Positions 37,179-46,993 of a stretch of DNA of 64,000 nucleotides are shown here, piece after piece. The stretch comes from Gammaproteobacteria bacterium (lineage in GTDB: Bacteria; Pseudomonadota; Gammaproteobacteria; UBA4575): positions 32,001 through 96,000 of the forward strand of contig CBDEUS010000001.1 of the NCBI GenBank assembly GCA_965243395.1. The letters run 5' to 3'. Position numbers and translations under genes: made by a program. Numbering within the stretch: the first letter of the stretch is position 1; each line of letters begins with the position of its first letter. Under the pieces are notes generated by a model that did not search any database, was not told the DNA's origin, and saw nothing but the letters and a program-made list of their open reading frames with translations.

Positions 37179-37259
37179 TAGCTCTTATCGCAATAAGCCA
37201 AAATTGAAGAGTAAAATTAAGGGACTTGAGCTAGTAAAATAAACTAGCTTTTGTAAGGT

Positions 37260-37898
37260 TTAGCGAGTGCCGTACACTACGATAGTTTTACCGTGTGCAG
37301 AAATTAACCCCTGTTGTTGAAGCTCTTTGAGTACGCGCCCTGCCATTTCTCGTGAACAACCCACAATCTTGGCGATTTCTTGTCGTGTGATGCGGATTTG
37401 CATCCCTTCAGGGTGAGTCAAAGCATCGGGTTGTTTGGCAAGGTCTAAAAGTGTATGTGCTACACGCCCTGTCACATCTAAATAGGCGAGATCGATTACT
37501 TTGCGGCTGGTGTCGCGTAGGCGTTTGGCGAGTTGTCCGGCCATGTGCATTAAAATATCAGGATCAGACTTTATCAATTCACGAAATTTTGAATACTGGA
37601 TTTCTGCAACGTCACACTGTTCTCTAGCCACAACGAGTGCACTACGTTCGTTTTCCTCAAACAATCCCATTTCGCCAAAGAAGTCACCCTTATTAAGATA
37701 TGCCAACACCATTTCATGGCCGGTATCATCTTCCAGCATAATCTTTACAGATCCATGCGTGATGTAATACAGGGTATTTGAAGGATCGCCTGCGTGAATA
37801 ATACGATTACCAGAGGCATAGCGTTTTGTATGGCAATGTTCTAGAAAACGTTCCACAACAGATTCCTGTGTTGGTATGGGTGGGCTTAGATTGTTCAA
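37260..37898 (-). CDS. crp: cAMP receptor protein (Crp/Vfr)
   Basis: Motifs 'FLEHCH', 'FFGEMGLF', 'RSA', '[11 protein letters not shown]', '[31 protein letters not shown]'. Confidence 0.96.
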   Translation of the reverse strand: MNNLSPPIPTQESVVERFLEHCHTKRYASGNRIIHAGDPSNTLYYITHGSVKIMLEDDTGHEMVLAYLNKGDFFGEMGLFEENERSALVVAREQCDVAEIQYSKFRELIKSDPDILMHMAGQLAKRLRDTSRKVIDLAYLDVTGRVAHTLLDLAKQPDALTHPEGMQIRITRQEIAKIVGCSREMAGRVLKELQQQGLISAHGKTIVVYGTR

Positions 37899-37981
37899 GT
37901 TAAAAATCAGTATTGTTATTTCGAGTAGTCTATGCCAAGTAACTCACTGATGTCGACAGAAAAAAGGATTAAACGGTAGCA

Positions 37982-38392
37982 ATGCAAGTACGAATTAAGT
38001 GGTTAGAGCAAAGAACATTCGAAGCTGCCACCGGTAGCGGTCATAGAATAACTATGGATGGTCCCCCAGATCATGGCGGGCGCAATCTCGCAGCCCGTCC
38101 TATGGAGATGGTTTTAGTGGGCCTGGGGGGCTGTAGTGCCTTTGATGTGGTCGAAATTCTAGAAAAATCGCGCCAATCCATTCAAGAATGTCAAATTCAA
38201 ATCGAAGCTGAACGTGCAGAAGAGATACCTGCAGTGTTTACCAATATTCATATGCATTTCATCTTTAGCGGTGAGGGTTTAAATGAAAAACATATAAAGC
38301 GTGCAGTAGAGTTGTCGGTAGATAAATATTGTTCGGTGGTCAAGATGCTAAGACCAGGAGTTGTCATTACGTTTGACTATGAAATCACTTGA
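37982..38392 (+). CDS. OsmC/YhfA family protein
   Basis: Motifs '[19 protein letters not shown]' and 'LSVDKYCSV'. Divergent from crp as in other gammaproteobacteria. Confidence 0.9.
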   Translation: MQVRIKWLEQRTFEAATGSGHRITMDGPPDHGGRNLAARPMEMVLVGLGGCSAFDVVEILEKSRQSIQECQIQIEAERAEEIPAVFTNIHMHFIFSGEGLNEKHIKRAVELSVDKYCSVVKMLRPGVVITFDYEIT

Positions 38393-38412
38393 AAATACAA
38401 AAAAGCAAAAAG

Positions 38413-39222
38413 ATGCAAAAAATAAAATTACATGGATTTAATAATCTCACTAAAACATTGAGTTTTAATTTTTATGATATTTGTTATGCCGCGACATCTG
38501 AGCATCAACAAGAATATCTAGAATATGTTGATGAGGAGTATAATGCTGCACGACTAGAAGCGGTGTTAAATGAGGTCGCCAAGCAAATTGGTGCCAGCAT
38601 TCTCAATATGTCGGTTTACGATTATGAACCTCGAGGCGCTAGTGTCACATGCTTAATTTCGGAAGAACCCGCATTAGCAGAAGCAATTTTTTCTAAAGAA
38701 GAAACGCAATTTGAAGAAGTAAAAATAAATTCTAAACAATCCGCTGTGGCTCATTTAGACAAAAGCCATGTCACTGCCCACACATATCCTGAATTTCATC
38801 CTGATAATGGAATCAGCACGTTTAGAGTGGATATTGATGTTTCAACGTGTGGGCGTGTTTCACCTCTTAAGGCGTTAAATTTTCTTATTGATAGTTTTGA
38901 CGAAGATATTGTGGTTTTGGATTATCGTGTGCGTGGATTCACGCGCGATGTAAATGGATTAAAACATTATATAGACCATGAGATTACTTCTATTCAGGAT
39001 TTTTTATCCGAAAAGACAAAAGATCAGTATCAAATGATTGATATGAATGTAGATCAAGAAAATATCTTTCACACAAAAATGTTATTAAATGAATTTAAAC
39101 TAGACGATTATCTATTCGGTAGAGGCGTAAACGAGCTGAATGTAAAAGAGCAAGAAAAAATTGAAGAACAACTTAGAAAAGAGATGAGTGAGATATTTTA
39201 TGGTATCAATTCACTAGATTAA
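38413..39222 (+). CDS. speD: S-adenosylmethionine decarboxylase proenzyme
   Basis: Motifs '[15 protein letters not shown]', pyruvoyl cleavage site 'HLDKSH..HTYPE', 'DIDVSTCG'. Confidence 0.95.
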   Translation: MQKIKLHGFNNLTKTLSFNFYDICYAATSEHQQEYLEYVDEEYNAARLEAVLNEVAKQIGASILNMSVYDYEPRGASVTCLISEEPALAEAIFSKEETQFEEVKINSKQSAVAHLDKSHVTAHTYPEFHPDNGISTFRVDIDVSTCGRVSPLKALNFLIDSFDEDIVVLDYRVRGFTRDVNGLKHYIDHEITSIQDFLSEKTKDQYQMIDMNVDQENIFHTKMLLNEFKLDDYLFGRGVNELNVKEQEKIEEQLRKEMSEIFYGINSLD

Positions 39223-39231
39223 GCAGTTTAA

Positions 39232-39873
39232 CTATATCCAGTAGGAAGTTTTGGTCATAATTTTTGAAACTGCAGCCATAAGCGTTTTCGCAGGTTGTGG
39301 TAATTCATATGCTCCTGCAGCTTGTGCTTTTTGATCATGTATGGCTTCATCTTCACGCATTTTTAATAAAATTTCTCGACTTTTGATATCGTCTTCAGGT
39401 AAACGATCTAAATGCTTATCAAGATGCTTCACTACTTGTTTTTCGGTTTCAGATACAAATCCCAATGACCATTTATCACCGAATGCTCCAACCGCTGCGC
39501 CAATTACCATCGAACCTAAATACCATACAGGAGCGAGTACACTGGGCTTGTCTTGCAACTCATCAAGACGCTTTTCACACCATTCTAAATGGGCCTGTTC
39601 TTCGTTAGCGGATTGAGTAAATTTTTCTTTAATTTCCTCATCCTTAGTCATAATGGAATGCCCACGATAGAGGCCCTGAGCGGCAATTTCGCCAGCGTGA
39701 TTGACACGCATTAAGCGTGCAGACAGTAATTGTTCTTCATCGGTCAATGCTTTATCAGCAGTTACATCATCAGCTGGGGAAGATGAGGTTTTAATATTAG
39801 GTTTTACAAATAAAGTGCGTAAACCTTTATCAATTTGCGAAAGCAGTTGATCAGTAGAATCTAAATTTCTCAT
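39232..39873 (-). CDS. coq7: Demethoxyubiquinone hydroxylase (di-iron)
   Basis: Motifs 'LMRVNHAGEIAAQGLY', 'EEQAHL', 'SLGFVSETEKQVVKHL', 'DEAIH'. Confidence 0.93.
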   Translation of the reverse strand: MRNLDSTDQLLSQIDKGLRTLFVKPNIKTSSSPADDVTADKALTDEEQLLSARLMRVNHAGEIAAQGLYRGHSIMTKDEEIKEKFTQSANEEQAHLEWCEKRLDELQDKPSVLAPVWYLGSMVIGAAVGAFGDKWSLGFVSETEKQVVKHLDKHLDRLPEDDIKSREILLKMREDEAIHDQKAQAAGAYELPQPAKTLMAAVSKIMTKTSYWI

Positions 39874-39880
39874 TTATAAA

Positions 39881-41065
39881 TTATAACACTTGCTGGGCTA
39901 ACAATGTGACGGGGTGGCATACCTGTACAGGGATATCTTCTTGTCTAAGACGGGCTTGAATATGCAATGCACAACCAATATTGCTGCTCACTAAATATGC
40001 TGCATTATCTTTCTTTATTTGATTAACCTTGTTGTTAATAAGCTGATTTGCAAGATCATCGTATATGAGTGTGTTTAAGCCTCCCGCGCCGCAACATGTA
40101 TTTTCATCTTGAAAATGGATTATCTCAATCTCAGGTATATAGTTTAATAGTCTATCTGTTAGGCCGTTGTCATTGGTAACCTTTTTTTGAGAGCAAGGGA
40201 TGTGCAGGAATACTTTTTTCCTCATTGGTTTAAATGAAATTCTTTTCTGTTCGAGTAGATTGAATACAAGTTCATTTAAATCTATAAGCTTCCCATTTAG
40301 TTTATCCGCATAATGCTTAATATATGCGCCGCAACCTGTAGTGAGTGGGGCGATATATTCAGTATTTTTATTTTGAAAACTATTAATGAATTTATTTTTA
40401 AGCATTGTAGCGGTTTTTATGTTTCCACAATGTTGATGTAATGCGCCACAACAATTAATTTTTTCTTGTAGAGCTACATTGCAGCCGAGTTTTGATAAAA
40501 GATGTGTTGTAGCCACTAGTGTTTCATCATTGATAAGATCTCCGGCACATGAATCTAATAAAATAACATGTGGACTCTTGTTTTGTGCCGATGATGTTTT
40601 GAGCTCCAAATTATTCTTGTATGGCAATAAGTTTAGCAATCGTGAATTCTTCAATAGCGAGGCTGTACTTAGAAAGTGTAAATTTCTGATCAATAAATTA
40701 AAAAGTTTTCGTGCGTATATATTGCCAAGGATAAATAACAGAATAGATTGTTGTAATTTTTTATTTAACGATTGTTGGTTTTTTGTTAGTGCTCGTCCTG
40801 CATCAATTATTTTTTCGTAATTCACGTTAGCTGGACATGCCGATTCACAGCTCAAGCATGTTAAACATTGATTCAAATGCTTATGTATATTTCTATTTGG
40901 CTGTAAATGTTGCTCACACAAGCCGCGCACAAGGGCAATGCGACCACGAGGTGACTCTGACTCTAATTTTGCAAATTCATAGGTTGGACAATGCGGTAAA
41001 CAAAGTCCGCACATTACGCATTCATCCGTTGCCTTAATAATTTCTTGTGTATTTATTTGTTGCAT
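39881..41065 (-). CDS. GlcF-like Fe-S oxidoreductase subunit (2x[4Fe-4S] + CCG domains)
   Basis: Motifs 'CVMCGLCLPHCPTY', 'SPRGRI', 'CLTCLSCESACPA', 'CCGA' twice, 'NIGC'. Confidence 0.85.
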   Translation of the reverse strand: MQQINTQEIIKATDECVMCGLCLPHCPTYEFAKLESESPRGRIALVRGLCEQHLQPNRNIHKHLNQCLTCLSCESACPANVNYEKIIDAGRALTKNQQSLNKKLQQSILLFILGNIYARKLFNLLIRNLHFLSTASLLKNSRLLNLLPYKNNLELKTSSAQNKSPHVILLDSCAGDLINDETLVATTHLLSKLGCNVALQEKINCCGALHQHCGNIKTATMLKNKFINSFQNKNTEYIAPLTTGCGAYIKHYADKLNGKLIDLNELVFNLLEQKRISFKPMRKKVFLHIPCSQKKVTNDNGLTDRLLNYIPEIEIIHFQDENTCCGAGGLNTLIYDDLANQLINNKVNQIKKDNAAYLVSSNIGCALHIQARLRQEDIPVQVCHPVTLLAQQVL

Positions 41066-41184
41066 CTATATATAGGTATGCTTTTTTAAGTGTCTTGGCC
41101 CAATTAGGAAATGGGTGGGCTCTATAGTCCAGATATAATTTAATATGAATAGTTTGCACTAGGTTAATTGATAAGGGTACGGAA

Positions 41185-41490
41185 ATGTCTTATTACAAGC
41201 GCCACTTGTTTATGTGTGTAAATGAGCGAGAGGACAAAAGCTGTTGTCAGGACCATGGGGCAGCAGAGCTTCGAACTTATGCAAAAAATAAGACCAAGGA
41301 GCTAGGAATTTCAGGGCAAGGCGGGGTTCGAGTTAACCAGGCAGGTTGCCTGGATCGTTGTTCTGAAGGCCCTATCGCTGTGGTGTATCCAGATGGTGTT
41401 TGGTATCGCTATGCAAATGAAGCGGATTTAGATGAAATCATTGAAAAACACTTAATGAAGGGTGAAGTGGTTGAAAGACTGAAAATCTAG
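41185..41490 (+). CDS. Thioredoxin-like [2Fe-2S] ferredoxin
   Basis: Motifs 'HLFMCVNER...CC' and 'RVNQAGCLDRCSEGPIAVVYPDGVWY'. Confidence 0.92.
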   Translation: MSYYKRHLFMCVNEREDKSCCQDHGAAELRTYAKNKTKELGISGQGGVRVNQAGCLDRCSEGPIAVVYPDGVWYRYANEADLDEIIEKHLMKGEVVERLKI

Positions 41491-41532
41491 GACTTTTTGT
41501 CTACCTCAAGTTAGATACAACTAACTACAATT

Positions 41533-41546
41533 TTGATATAGATCGA
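41533..41546. promoter_or_regulatory. FNR/ANR-like box upstream of the candidate sRNA
   Basis: TTGAT-ATAG-ATCGA (consensus TTGAT-N4-ATCAA, one mismatch). TTGACA at 41568-41573. Confidence 0.45.
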
Positions 41547-41601
41547 CACATTTAACGACAAAGTTAGTTGACAAGAATAAAGTAATATTAGAACATACCT
41601 A

Positions 41602-41695
41602 TATTCTGATAGTTTATAAAACATTCAGAACTCCTCCATCTACTTCTGGTAGAGATAGATTTAAGCGCGGGACACATGTATCCGCGCTTTTTTTT
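41602..41695 (+). ncRNA. Candidate trans-acting sRNA
   Basis: No ORF. Hairpin ttctga..tcagaa, single-stranded CTCCTCC, a second hairpin, then a GC-rich terminator plus T8. Confidence 0.55.
41663..41695 (+). terminator. Rho-independent terminator
   Basis: aagcgcgg-gacacatgtat-ccgcgctt followed by a T-run. Confidence 0.85.
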
Positions 41696-41760
41696 GCCCA
41701 AATGCAGCTGAATGACTTTATAAATAACCCCAAAGAGTCAATAAGATAGCCAGGTATTCC

Positions 41761-41789
41761 TTGTCAGAGCCAGCGTTGTTCGATAGTAT
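41761..41789 (+). promoter_or_regulatory. sigma70 promoter of rplM-rpsI
   Basis: TTGTCA-17 nt-TAGTAT followed by a GC-rich discriminator (ttcgcgcc). Confidence 0.65.
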
Positions 41790-41843
41790 TTCGCGCCTTT
41801 CTGCAGTTAAGAATTAGATTTTAGAAGCAATCATATTAGGACT

Positions 41844-42281
41844 ATGTTAACTACCTCCACAGCCAGTGCTAAACCTGCTGAAGTTCAGCGTGATTGGTAT
41901 GTTGTTGATGCCACAGATAAGACGCTTGGGCGTCTTGCCAGTGAAATTGCGAAACGATTGAAGGGCAAGCACAAACCCATTTACACTCCGCATGTGGATA
42001 CCGGAGATTGTATCGTTGTGATTAATGCTGCAAAGGTCCGTATTACCGGTAATAAATTAAATGGCAAGATTTATCATAAACACACGGGTTATGTAGGTAA
42101 TTTAAAATCTGTTTCTTTGGGTGAAATGTTAGCTAAGCACCCCGAACGAGTTTTAGAAACTGCAGTTAAAGGAATGCTGCCGAAAAACCCACTAGGTCGT
42201 GCAATGTTTCGTAAATTAAAAGTTTATGCAGGTCCTGAACACAATCATGCGGCTCAACAACCGCAAGTATTAGAAATATAG
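41844..42281 (+). CDS. rplM: 50S ribosomal protein L13
   Basis: Motifs 'WYVVDA...LGRLAS', '[15 protein letters not shown]', '[10 protein letters not shown]'. Confidence 0.98.
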   Translation: MLTTSTASAKPAEVQRDWYVVDATDKTLGRLASEIAKRLKGKHKPIYTPHVDTGDCIVVINAAKVRITGNKLNGKIYHKHTGYVGNLKSVSLGEMLAKHPERVLETAVKGMLPKNPLGRAMFRKLKVYAGPEHNHAAQQPQVLEI

Positions 42282-42290
42282 AATTAAAAG

Positions 42291-42683
42291 ATGGCAATGG
42301 AACAATATTACGGTACCGGACGCAGAAAAAGCTCAACTGCTCGTGTTTACATGAAGCCTGGAACAGGCAATATCACGATAAATATGCGTACTGCAGAACG
42401 ATATTTTGGTCGTGAAACTTCGCGCATGATCATCCGTCAGCCGCTTGAAGTCACTGATACCAAAAATTCTTTTGATATCAGTGTGATGGTTAAAGGCGGA
42501 GGTCCAAATGGTCAAGCCGGTGCAATTCGTTTGGGTATTGCACGCGCTCTACTAAAATACAATGAAGAACTGCGTTCACCATTGCGCCAAAATGGGTTTC
42601 TCACACGTGATGCACGTGAGGTGGAGCGTAAGAAAGTAGGTTTACGTAAAGCACGTAAGAAAGAACAATACTCTAAGCGTTAA
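42291..42683 (+). CDS. rpsI: 30S ribosomal protein S9
   Basis: Motifs '[13 protein letters not shown]', '[12 protein letters not shown]', '[17 protein letters not shown]'. Confidence 0.98.
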   Translation: MAMEQYYGTGRRKSSTARVYMKPGTGNITINMRTAERYFGRETSRMIIRQPLEVTDTKNSFDISVMVKGGGPNGQAGAIRLGIARALLKYNEELRSPLRQNGFLTRDAREVERKKVGLRKARKKEQYSKR

Positions 42684-42739
42684 AATTACAGCATACTTGT
42701 TATATTTATCCGCTAACAAGTTTAATCAAGATTCATTTC

Positions 42740-42770
42740 AGTGCCCGCTAGTGCGGGCACTTTTCGTTTT
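42740..42770 (+). terminator. Rho-independent terminator after rpsI
   Basis: agtgcccgc-tagt-gcgggcact followed by tttcgtttt. Confidence 0.85.
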
Positions 42771-42824
42771 ATCTGGTATAAATGTTTGTGTAAGCATGTA
42801 ATGCATATGCAAAGATAACTCACC

Positions 42825-43418
42825 ATGACAATTCAATTTAAGTCAGGACAGCAGCAAGATTGCAGTCAAATAGCGAATTGGATTAATTCAGTTGGATTTG
42901 GACATATAGAATATTTGCTGGACGGGCTTGTGCCAGATCGATCTGCACTACAACATTTAGCACTTGTGTTGAATGAAGACCCTCATTATTCCTACAAAAA
43001 TGTAGATATAGCATTACATGAAAACAAAATTATTGGCCTGATCTTTTCTTACAGTGCACATTCAAATGAGCTTACACCTGAGATAGAAAATGCTCTCAGT
43101 GAAGATCGTGTTCAATGGATGCGCTTCTTCTCAGATAACCAGATAAAAAATAGCTGGTATATCAATACACTAGGTGTTGCCGATGCTTATCGGCGCCAGG
43201 GTACAGCAAAAAAATTGCTTGATCTCGCTGCTAAAAGAGCATTGCAAAATGAGTTCCAATGCTTAAGCTTGCATGTGTATGAAAACAATTTTCAAGCAAT
43301 CAAGCTGTATGAGTCTTATGGCTTTACAAAAGAAAAAGAAATTGACTTAACAACCCATCCGTTTTTCGTAACAAGAAATCTTTCAGCAAATGTTTTGATG
43401 AAATGTGAAATTTCTTAA
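42825..43418 (+). CDS. GNAT family N-acetyltransferase
   Basis: Motifs 'WYINTLGVADAYRRQGTAKKLL' and 'LHVYENNFQAIKLYESYGF'. Confidence 0.88.
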   Translation: MTIQFKSGQQQDCSQIANWINSVGFGHIEYLLDGLVPDRSALQHLALVLNEDPHYSYKNVDIALHENKIIGLIFSYSAHSNELTPEIENALSEDRVQWMRFFSDNQIKNSWYINTLGVADAYRRQGTAKKLLDLAAKRALQNEFQCLSLHVYENNFQAIKLYESYGFTKEKEIDLTTHPFFVTRNLSANVLMKCEIS

Positions 43419-43481
43419 ATTATGAAATTAAACAAAGATCGCGTGAATAGTTGTATCTAGTACAAATATGGTGGTGGTGAA

Positions 43482-43751
43482 ATGTCAAATTTAATATTAA
43501 TGATTGTTGCTATATTAACGATTATTGTAGCTTTATTAGTCATATTAAACCGAACAAAAGTAATTTCGATTAAAAAAAATGGTTTGTTAGTTTTTTTATA
43601 CTTTATGTTAGTAATTGGTATTATCTACATCTCGCTTGCTTTGTTCGGTGGCCCAGTTTGGAAAAATATAACAGCCTATCAAGAGAGTGTATTGAGTGAA
43701 TCTGAAGAGCAATGTAAAAGAGAGGATGCACCTTTCTGGTGTAATCTATAA
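43482..43751 (+). CDS. Hypothetical 2-TM protein
   Basis: GGTGG RBS, two hydrophobic helices, C-terminal Cys pair. Confidence 0.55.
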   Translation: MSNLILMIVAILTIIVALLVILNRTKVISIKKNGLLVFLYFMLVIGIIYISLALFGGPVWKNITAYQESVLSESEEQCKREDAPFWCNL

Positions 43752-43755
43752 TAGT

Positions 43756-44151
43756 ATGTGTAAACCTGTAAAACATTTATTATTTATTGTTGTTTTTATA
43801 TTTGTAATCAAATCAAATTCAGTAAATGCTGATGTTTATGGCGGCGGTTTTTGGGAAGCCATTGGTTTAGGCAATATGCCATGCCAAGAATTTACGTCAA
43901 AATCAGAAGAAAGCGGCTATAAAGAACTTGGTGCAGTATGGTTATCGGGTTTTATGTCTGGAGTGAATTTTACTTCCAGTGATGTTTATGACATTACTTG
44001 GGGAGAAGATATCTACGTGCTTACAGATTTGGTTATCAAGCGTTGTGGAGAACATCCAGATAAGCTTTTATCTGATATTGCGACGCAGATCGTATATAAG
44101 CGCTATCAGGACAAGAATTTTACAGCGACAAAAGATTTAGAAGATAAGTAA
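43756..44151 (+). CDS. Hypothetical exported helical protein
   Basis: Signal peptide from ATG 43756. 'GLGNMPCQEF..WLSGFMSGVN..RCGEHPD' contains a Cys pair. Confidence 0.65.
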   Translation: MCKPVKHLLFIVVFIFVIKSNSVNADVYGGGFWEAIGLGNMPCQEFTSKSEESGYKELGAVWLSGFMSGVNFTSSDVYDITWGEDIYVLTDLVIKRCGEHPDKLLSDIATQIVYKRYQDKNFTATKDLEDK

Positions 44152-44159
44152 TAACGAAT

Positions 44160-45341
44160 TTATTTCTCTGGCAAATGCTCTAACAGCAGTTTTTTAATAT
44201 TTTCACCCATAATTTTTTTAATTTGATCTTCTTTAAAGCCGGCTTGGACTAATGCATGGGTAATTTGTGAAATATTTGATGCAGTAAAAGGAACGGTTAC
44301 ATTGCCATCAAAGTCTGAGCCTAGAGCAACATATTCCATACCTACTAAACCCGCTACATACCGTATTGCCTTAACAACCCCTGCAACACCCTTGCCACAT
44401 GTGGCTGTGGGCCAAAAGCCAATGCCGATAATTCCACCGGATGCTGCAACTTTTCGAATTTGTTCATCTGTAAGATTTCTGAATGATTTAGACTTGCAGA
44501 CAGCTTGAATACCAGTATGTGAGGCAATTACAGGCCTTTTACTTAATGCGAATATGTCTTCAATTAATGCCGGAGATGCATGTGAGATATCGATAAACAT
44601 TTCTAATTCATCCATGCGCTGGGCCACTAGTTTGCCGAATTCCGTAATCCCACCTTTTTTGATTCCATGTGCGGATCCGCCTAAATCATTATCAAAAAAG
44701 TGAGTAAAACCAATTATTCTGAATCCACTCGCATATAACTTATCTAAATTTTCAATTTTACCTTCTAGTGCATGTGCACCTTCCAAGCTGAGGAGGCCTG
44801 CGGTTATCTCTGAGTTAGCTTTTCGTTGTTGCAGATAGTGTTTAAATTCTTGCTTGGTTTTAATTAAGTAAAATGTATTTGAGGATTGTGTTACTAATTT
44901 TTGCAGTTTATGTGCCTGATAGTTTGCGCGTTCAAATTCACTAGTCCAGGTTTTATGAGGCCATAATTGCGCAATCGCAAGTAATGTGATGTTGTCTGAG
45001 TCATCTGAATTTTTATATAAATTGAGATTTTTTGGGGTTTTAGTAACGACTGAAAATACTTGTAGTCCGATGTTACCTTCAATTAAACGTGGAATGTCGA
45101 CATGACCATAATCTGATTTTTTAGCTAAATTGCGGTCCCAAAGCAGTGAGTCAGTATGCAGATCTGCAATGAATAGTGATTGATGTAGGTTTTTTGTTTC
45201 GTTAGTGATTTGTGCAATTTGACCTGCTTGTACCAGATTTCGTGATTTTTCAACATATATAGGTAACCAGTTAATAAGTAATCCAACTATCATTACGAAA
45301 ATAATTCCAAACACTAGTATCAAATTAGAATTAATTTTCAT
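44160..45341 (-). CDS. Membrane dipeptidase (peptidase M19)
   Basis: Motifs 'ADLHTD', 'HVDIPRL', 'SLEGAH', 'IDISHAS', 'IASHTG', 'RNLTDEQI', 'LGSDFDG'. Confidence 0.92.
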   Translation of the reverse strand: MKINSNLILVFGIIFVMIVGLLINWLPIYVEKSRNLVQAGQIAQITNETKNLHQSLFIADLHTDSLLWDRNLAKKSDYGHVDIPRLIEGNIGLQVFSVVTKTPKNLNLYKNSDDSDNITLLAIAQLWPHKTWTSEFERANYQAHKLQKLVTQSSNTFYLIKTKQEFKHYLQQRKANSEITAGLLSLEGAHALEGKIENLDKLYASGFRIIGFTHFFDNDLGGSAHGIKKGGITEFGKLVAQRMDELEMFIDISHASPALIEDIFALSKRPVIASHTGIQAVCKSKSFRNLTDEQIRKVAASGGIIGIGFWPTATCGKGVAGVVKAIRYVAGLVGMEYVALGSDFDGNVTVPFTASNISQITHALVQAGFKEDQIKKIMGENIKKLLLEHLPEK

Positions 45342-45382
45342 AGGTTAATGGTGTATTGTGAATAAATATTGGCAATGTATCT

Positions 45383-45736
45383 GTGAAACAGAAATATCTA
45401 AAAACGCTATTTTGGTTATTGGCAATCTCTGTGCTCATACTGTCTTGTTTACCTGGTACGGAATCACGAACTTTCACTATTGAAAACCTAGATAAAGTCG
45501 CCCACTTTTTCACTTTCTTTTTGTTATCTATATTGCTGCTCTTGGCTTATACATTTAGCAAACCTTTTATGGTTACAGCGTTTCTTATGACATTATTTGG
45601 ATTGGCAATTGAGTTATTACATTTATTCATACCCAATCGAGTATTTAGTATCTATGATTTTGCCGCAGACGTTCTAGGAATTTTGGCAGCTTTTTTGATC
45701 TATAAGCTAATGAGTAGAAAGCTACAAATGGTTTGA
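45383..45736 (+). CDS. VanZ-like membrane protein
   Basis: Motifs 'DKVAHF' and 'IELLHLFIPNRVFSIYDFAADVLG'. Confidence 0.85.
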   Translation: MKQKYLKTLFWLLAISVLILSCLPGTESRTFTIENLDKVAHFFTFFLLSILLLLAYTFSKPFMVTAFLMTLFGLAIELLHLFIPNRVFSIYDFAADVLGILAAFLIYKLMSRKLQMV

Positions 45737-45742
45737 AGACTA

Positions 45743-46120
45743 TTAAGTTAGCTTTACCTGAATTTGATCACCACTACGAACGTTTTTGAGCATGGTTAAA
45801 TCATAATCTGTATGTCCCCATATATTGGTGCGTGCAGCAAGTCTAATTTCATTACCTTGTGAAATGGGCGTAGGGCCAAAGCCGATTGCAATACAATTGC
45901 CTTCTACCCAAAAAGCCAGTTCTCCTAGTTCCACAACATCTTTGGCGTCATCTTCCAAAATCTGATTCGTCACAGGTGTAGAAAAATAGACTTCTTCGCC
46001 CCAGGTTTGTGCCTTGGATTCAAAGGGTAATGCTGCATGAATGGCATTTGCAGTTGCAGAATCACTTAAACGAGCTGTGATTTCATGTTCATTGATGATG
46101 ATTTGGATTGTGCGTGACAT
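45743..46120 (-). CDS. Cyclophilin-like fold protein (DUF369-like)
   Basis: Motifs 'ALPFESKAQTWGEEVYF' and 'GELAFWVEGNCIAIGFGPTPIS'. Confidence 0.82.
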   Translation of the reverse strand: MSRTIQIIINEHEITARLSDSATANAIHAALPFESKAQTWGEEVYFSTPVTNQILEDDAKDVVELGELAFWVEGNCIAIGFGPTPISQGNEIRLAARTNIWGHTDYDLTMLKNVRSGDQIQVKLT

Positions 46121-46132
46121 TGTTGATTTTGT

Positions 46133-46882
46133 TTAAGACTTCATTTCTTTTAGAAGTTGTTGAGCACCATTTAAAACAAATAAGCTGTCTACGCCGATTG
46201 TAAGCAGTGTGAAGCCTTTTTCTTTATAAGGTAGCACTGCACTTGCATTAACTCCAAAATAGCCTAAGCGTACATTTGCTTGCTTACAAGCGTTAGTAAC
46301 TTTTTCAATTGCTGCGATAACTTCAGGATGTTCAATTTCTCCGGTGTACCCCAAGTTAGCCGATAAGTCGTATGGACCCACTAATATGGCGTCCACTCCT
46401 TCAATCTTTACAATTTTCTCAATATCAGAAATTGCCCCAGGAGTTTCTGCTTGGATCACCACGCATGTATCATTATCTGCAGTTGATAAATATTCAGTAA
46501 ATGACATGCCGTACTCATGCGCACGTGCCAGACCCACACCACGATTTCCCATTACGGGATATTTTGCAGCACGTACTGCTGCTTGAGCTTCCTCAGCACT
46601 GTGGACTTGTGGCACGATGATGCCTGCTGCGCCAATATCAAGTGCACGCTTAATTGCCACAACGTCATTGCTTGCGACCCGAATTAAGCAAGGGAAGTGG
46701 TCAACTGTTGCTTGCAACATGCGCTGCATTTCAAGTGTGCTAAATGCACCATGTTCGCCATCAATAAACAACCAATCGAAATTTAGTTTTGACAGTAACT
46801 CGGTAATTTCGGGGCTAGGTAAAGAAACCAAGGTACTTAGAAGGACTTCTCCTGCTTGAAGACGTTGCCGAAAGGATTCCAA
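46133..46882 (-). CDS. HpcH/HpaI class II aldolase
   Basis: Motifs 'DWLFIDGEHG', 'RALDIGAAGIIVPQV', 'KYP..GNRG', 'QAET', 'VGPYDLS'. Confidence 0.9.
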   Translation of the reverse strand: MESFRQRLQAGEVLLSTLVSLPSPEITELLSKLNFDWLFIDGEHGAFSTLEMQRMLQATVDHFPCLIRVASNDVVAIKRALDIGAAGIIVPQVHSAEEAQAAVRAAKYPVMGNRGVGLARAHEYGMSFTEYLSTADNDTCVVIQAETPGAISDIEKIVKIEGVDAILVGPYDLSANLGYTGEIEHPEVIAAIEKVTNACKQANVRLGYFGVNASAVLPYKEKGFTLLTIGVDSLFVLNGAQQLLKEMKS

Positions 46883-46993
46883 TGTATATCACTCCGAAAT
46901 ATTAAGTGGTGAGTTTTGAATTATTAACGCAGTTATGGACATGGTTTCCAAAATTTATTTTCTAGTAGCGGTCTCTTAGTCAAGAGTTCATAC

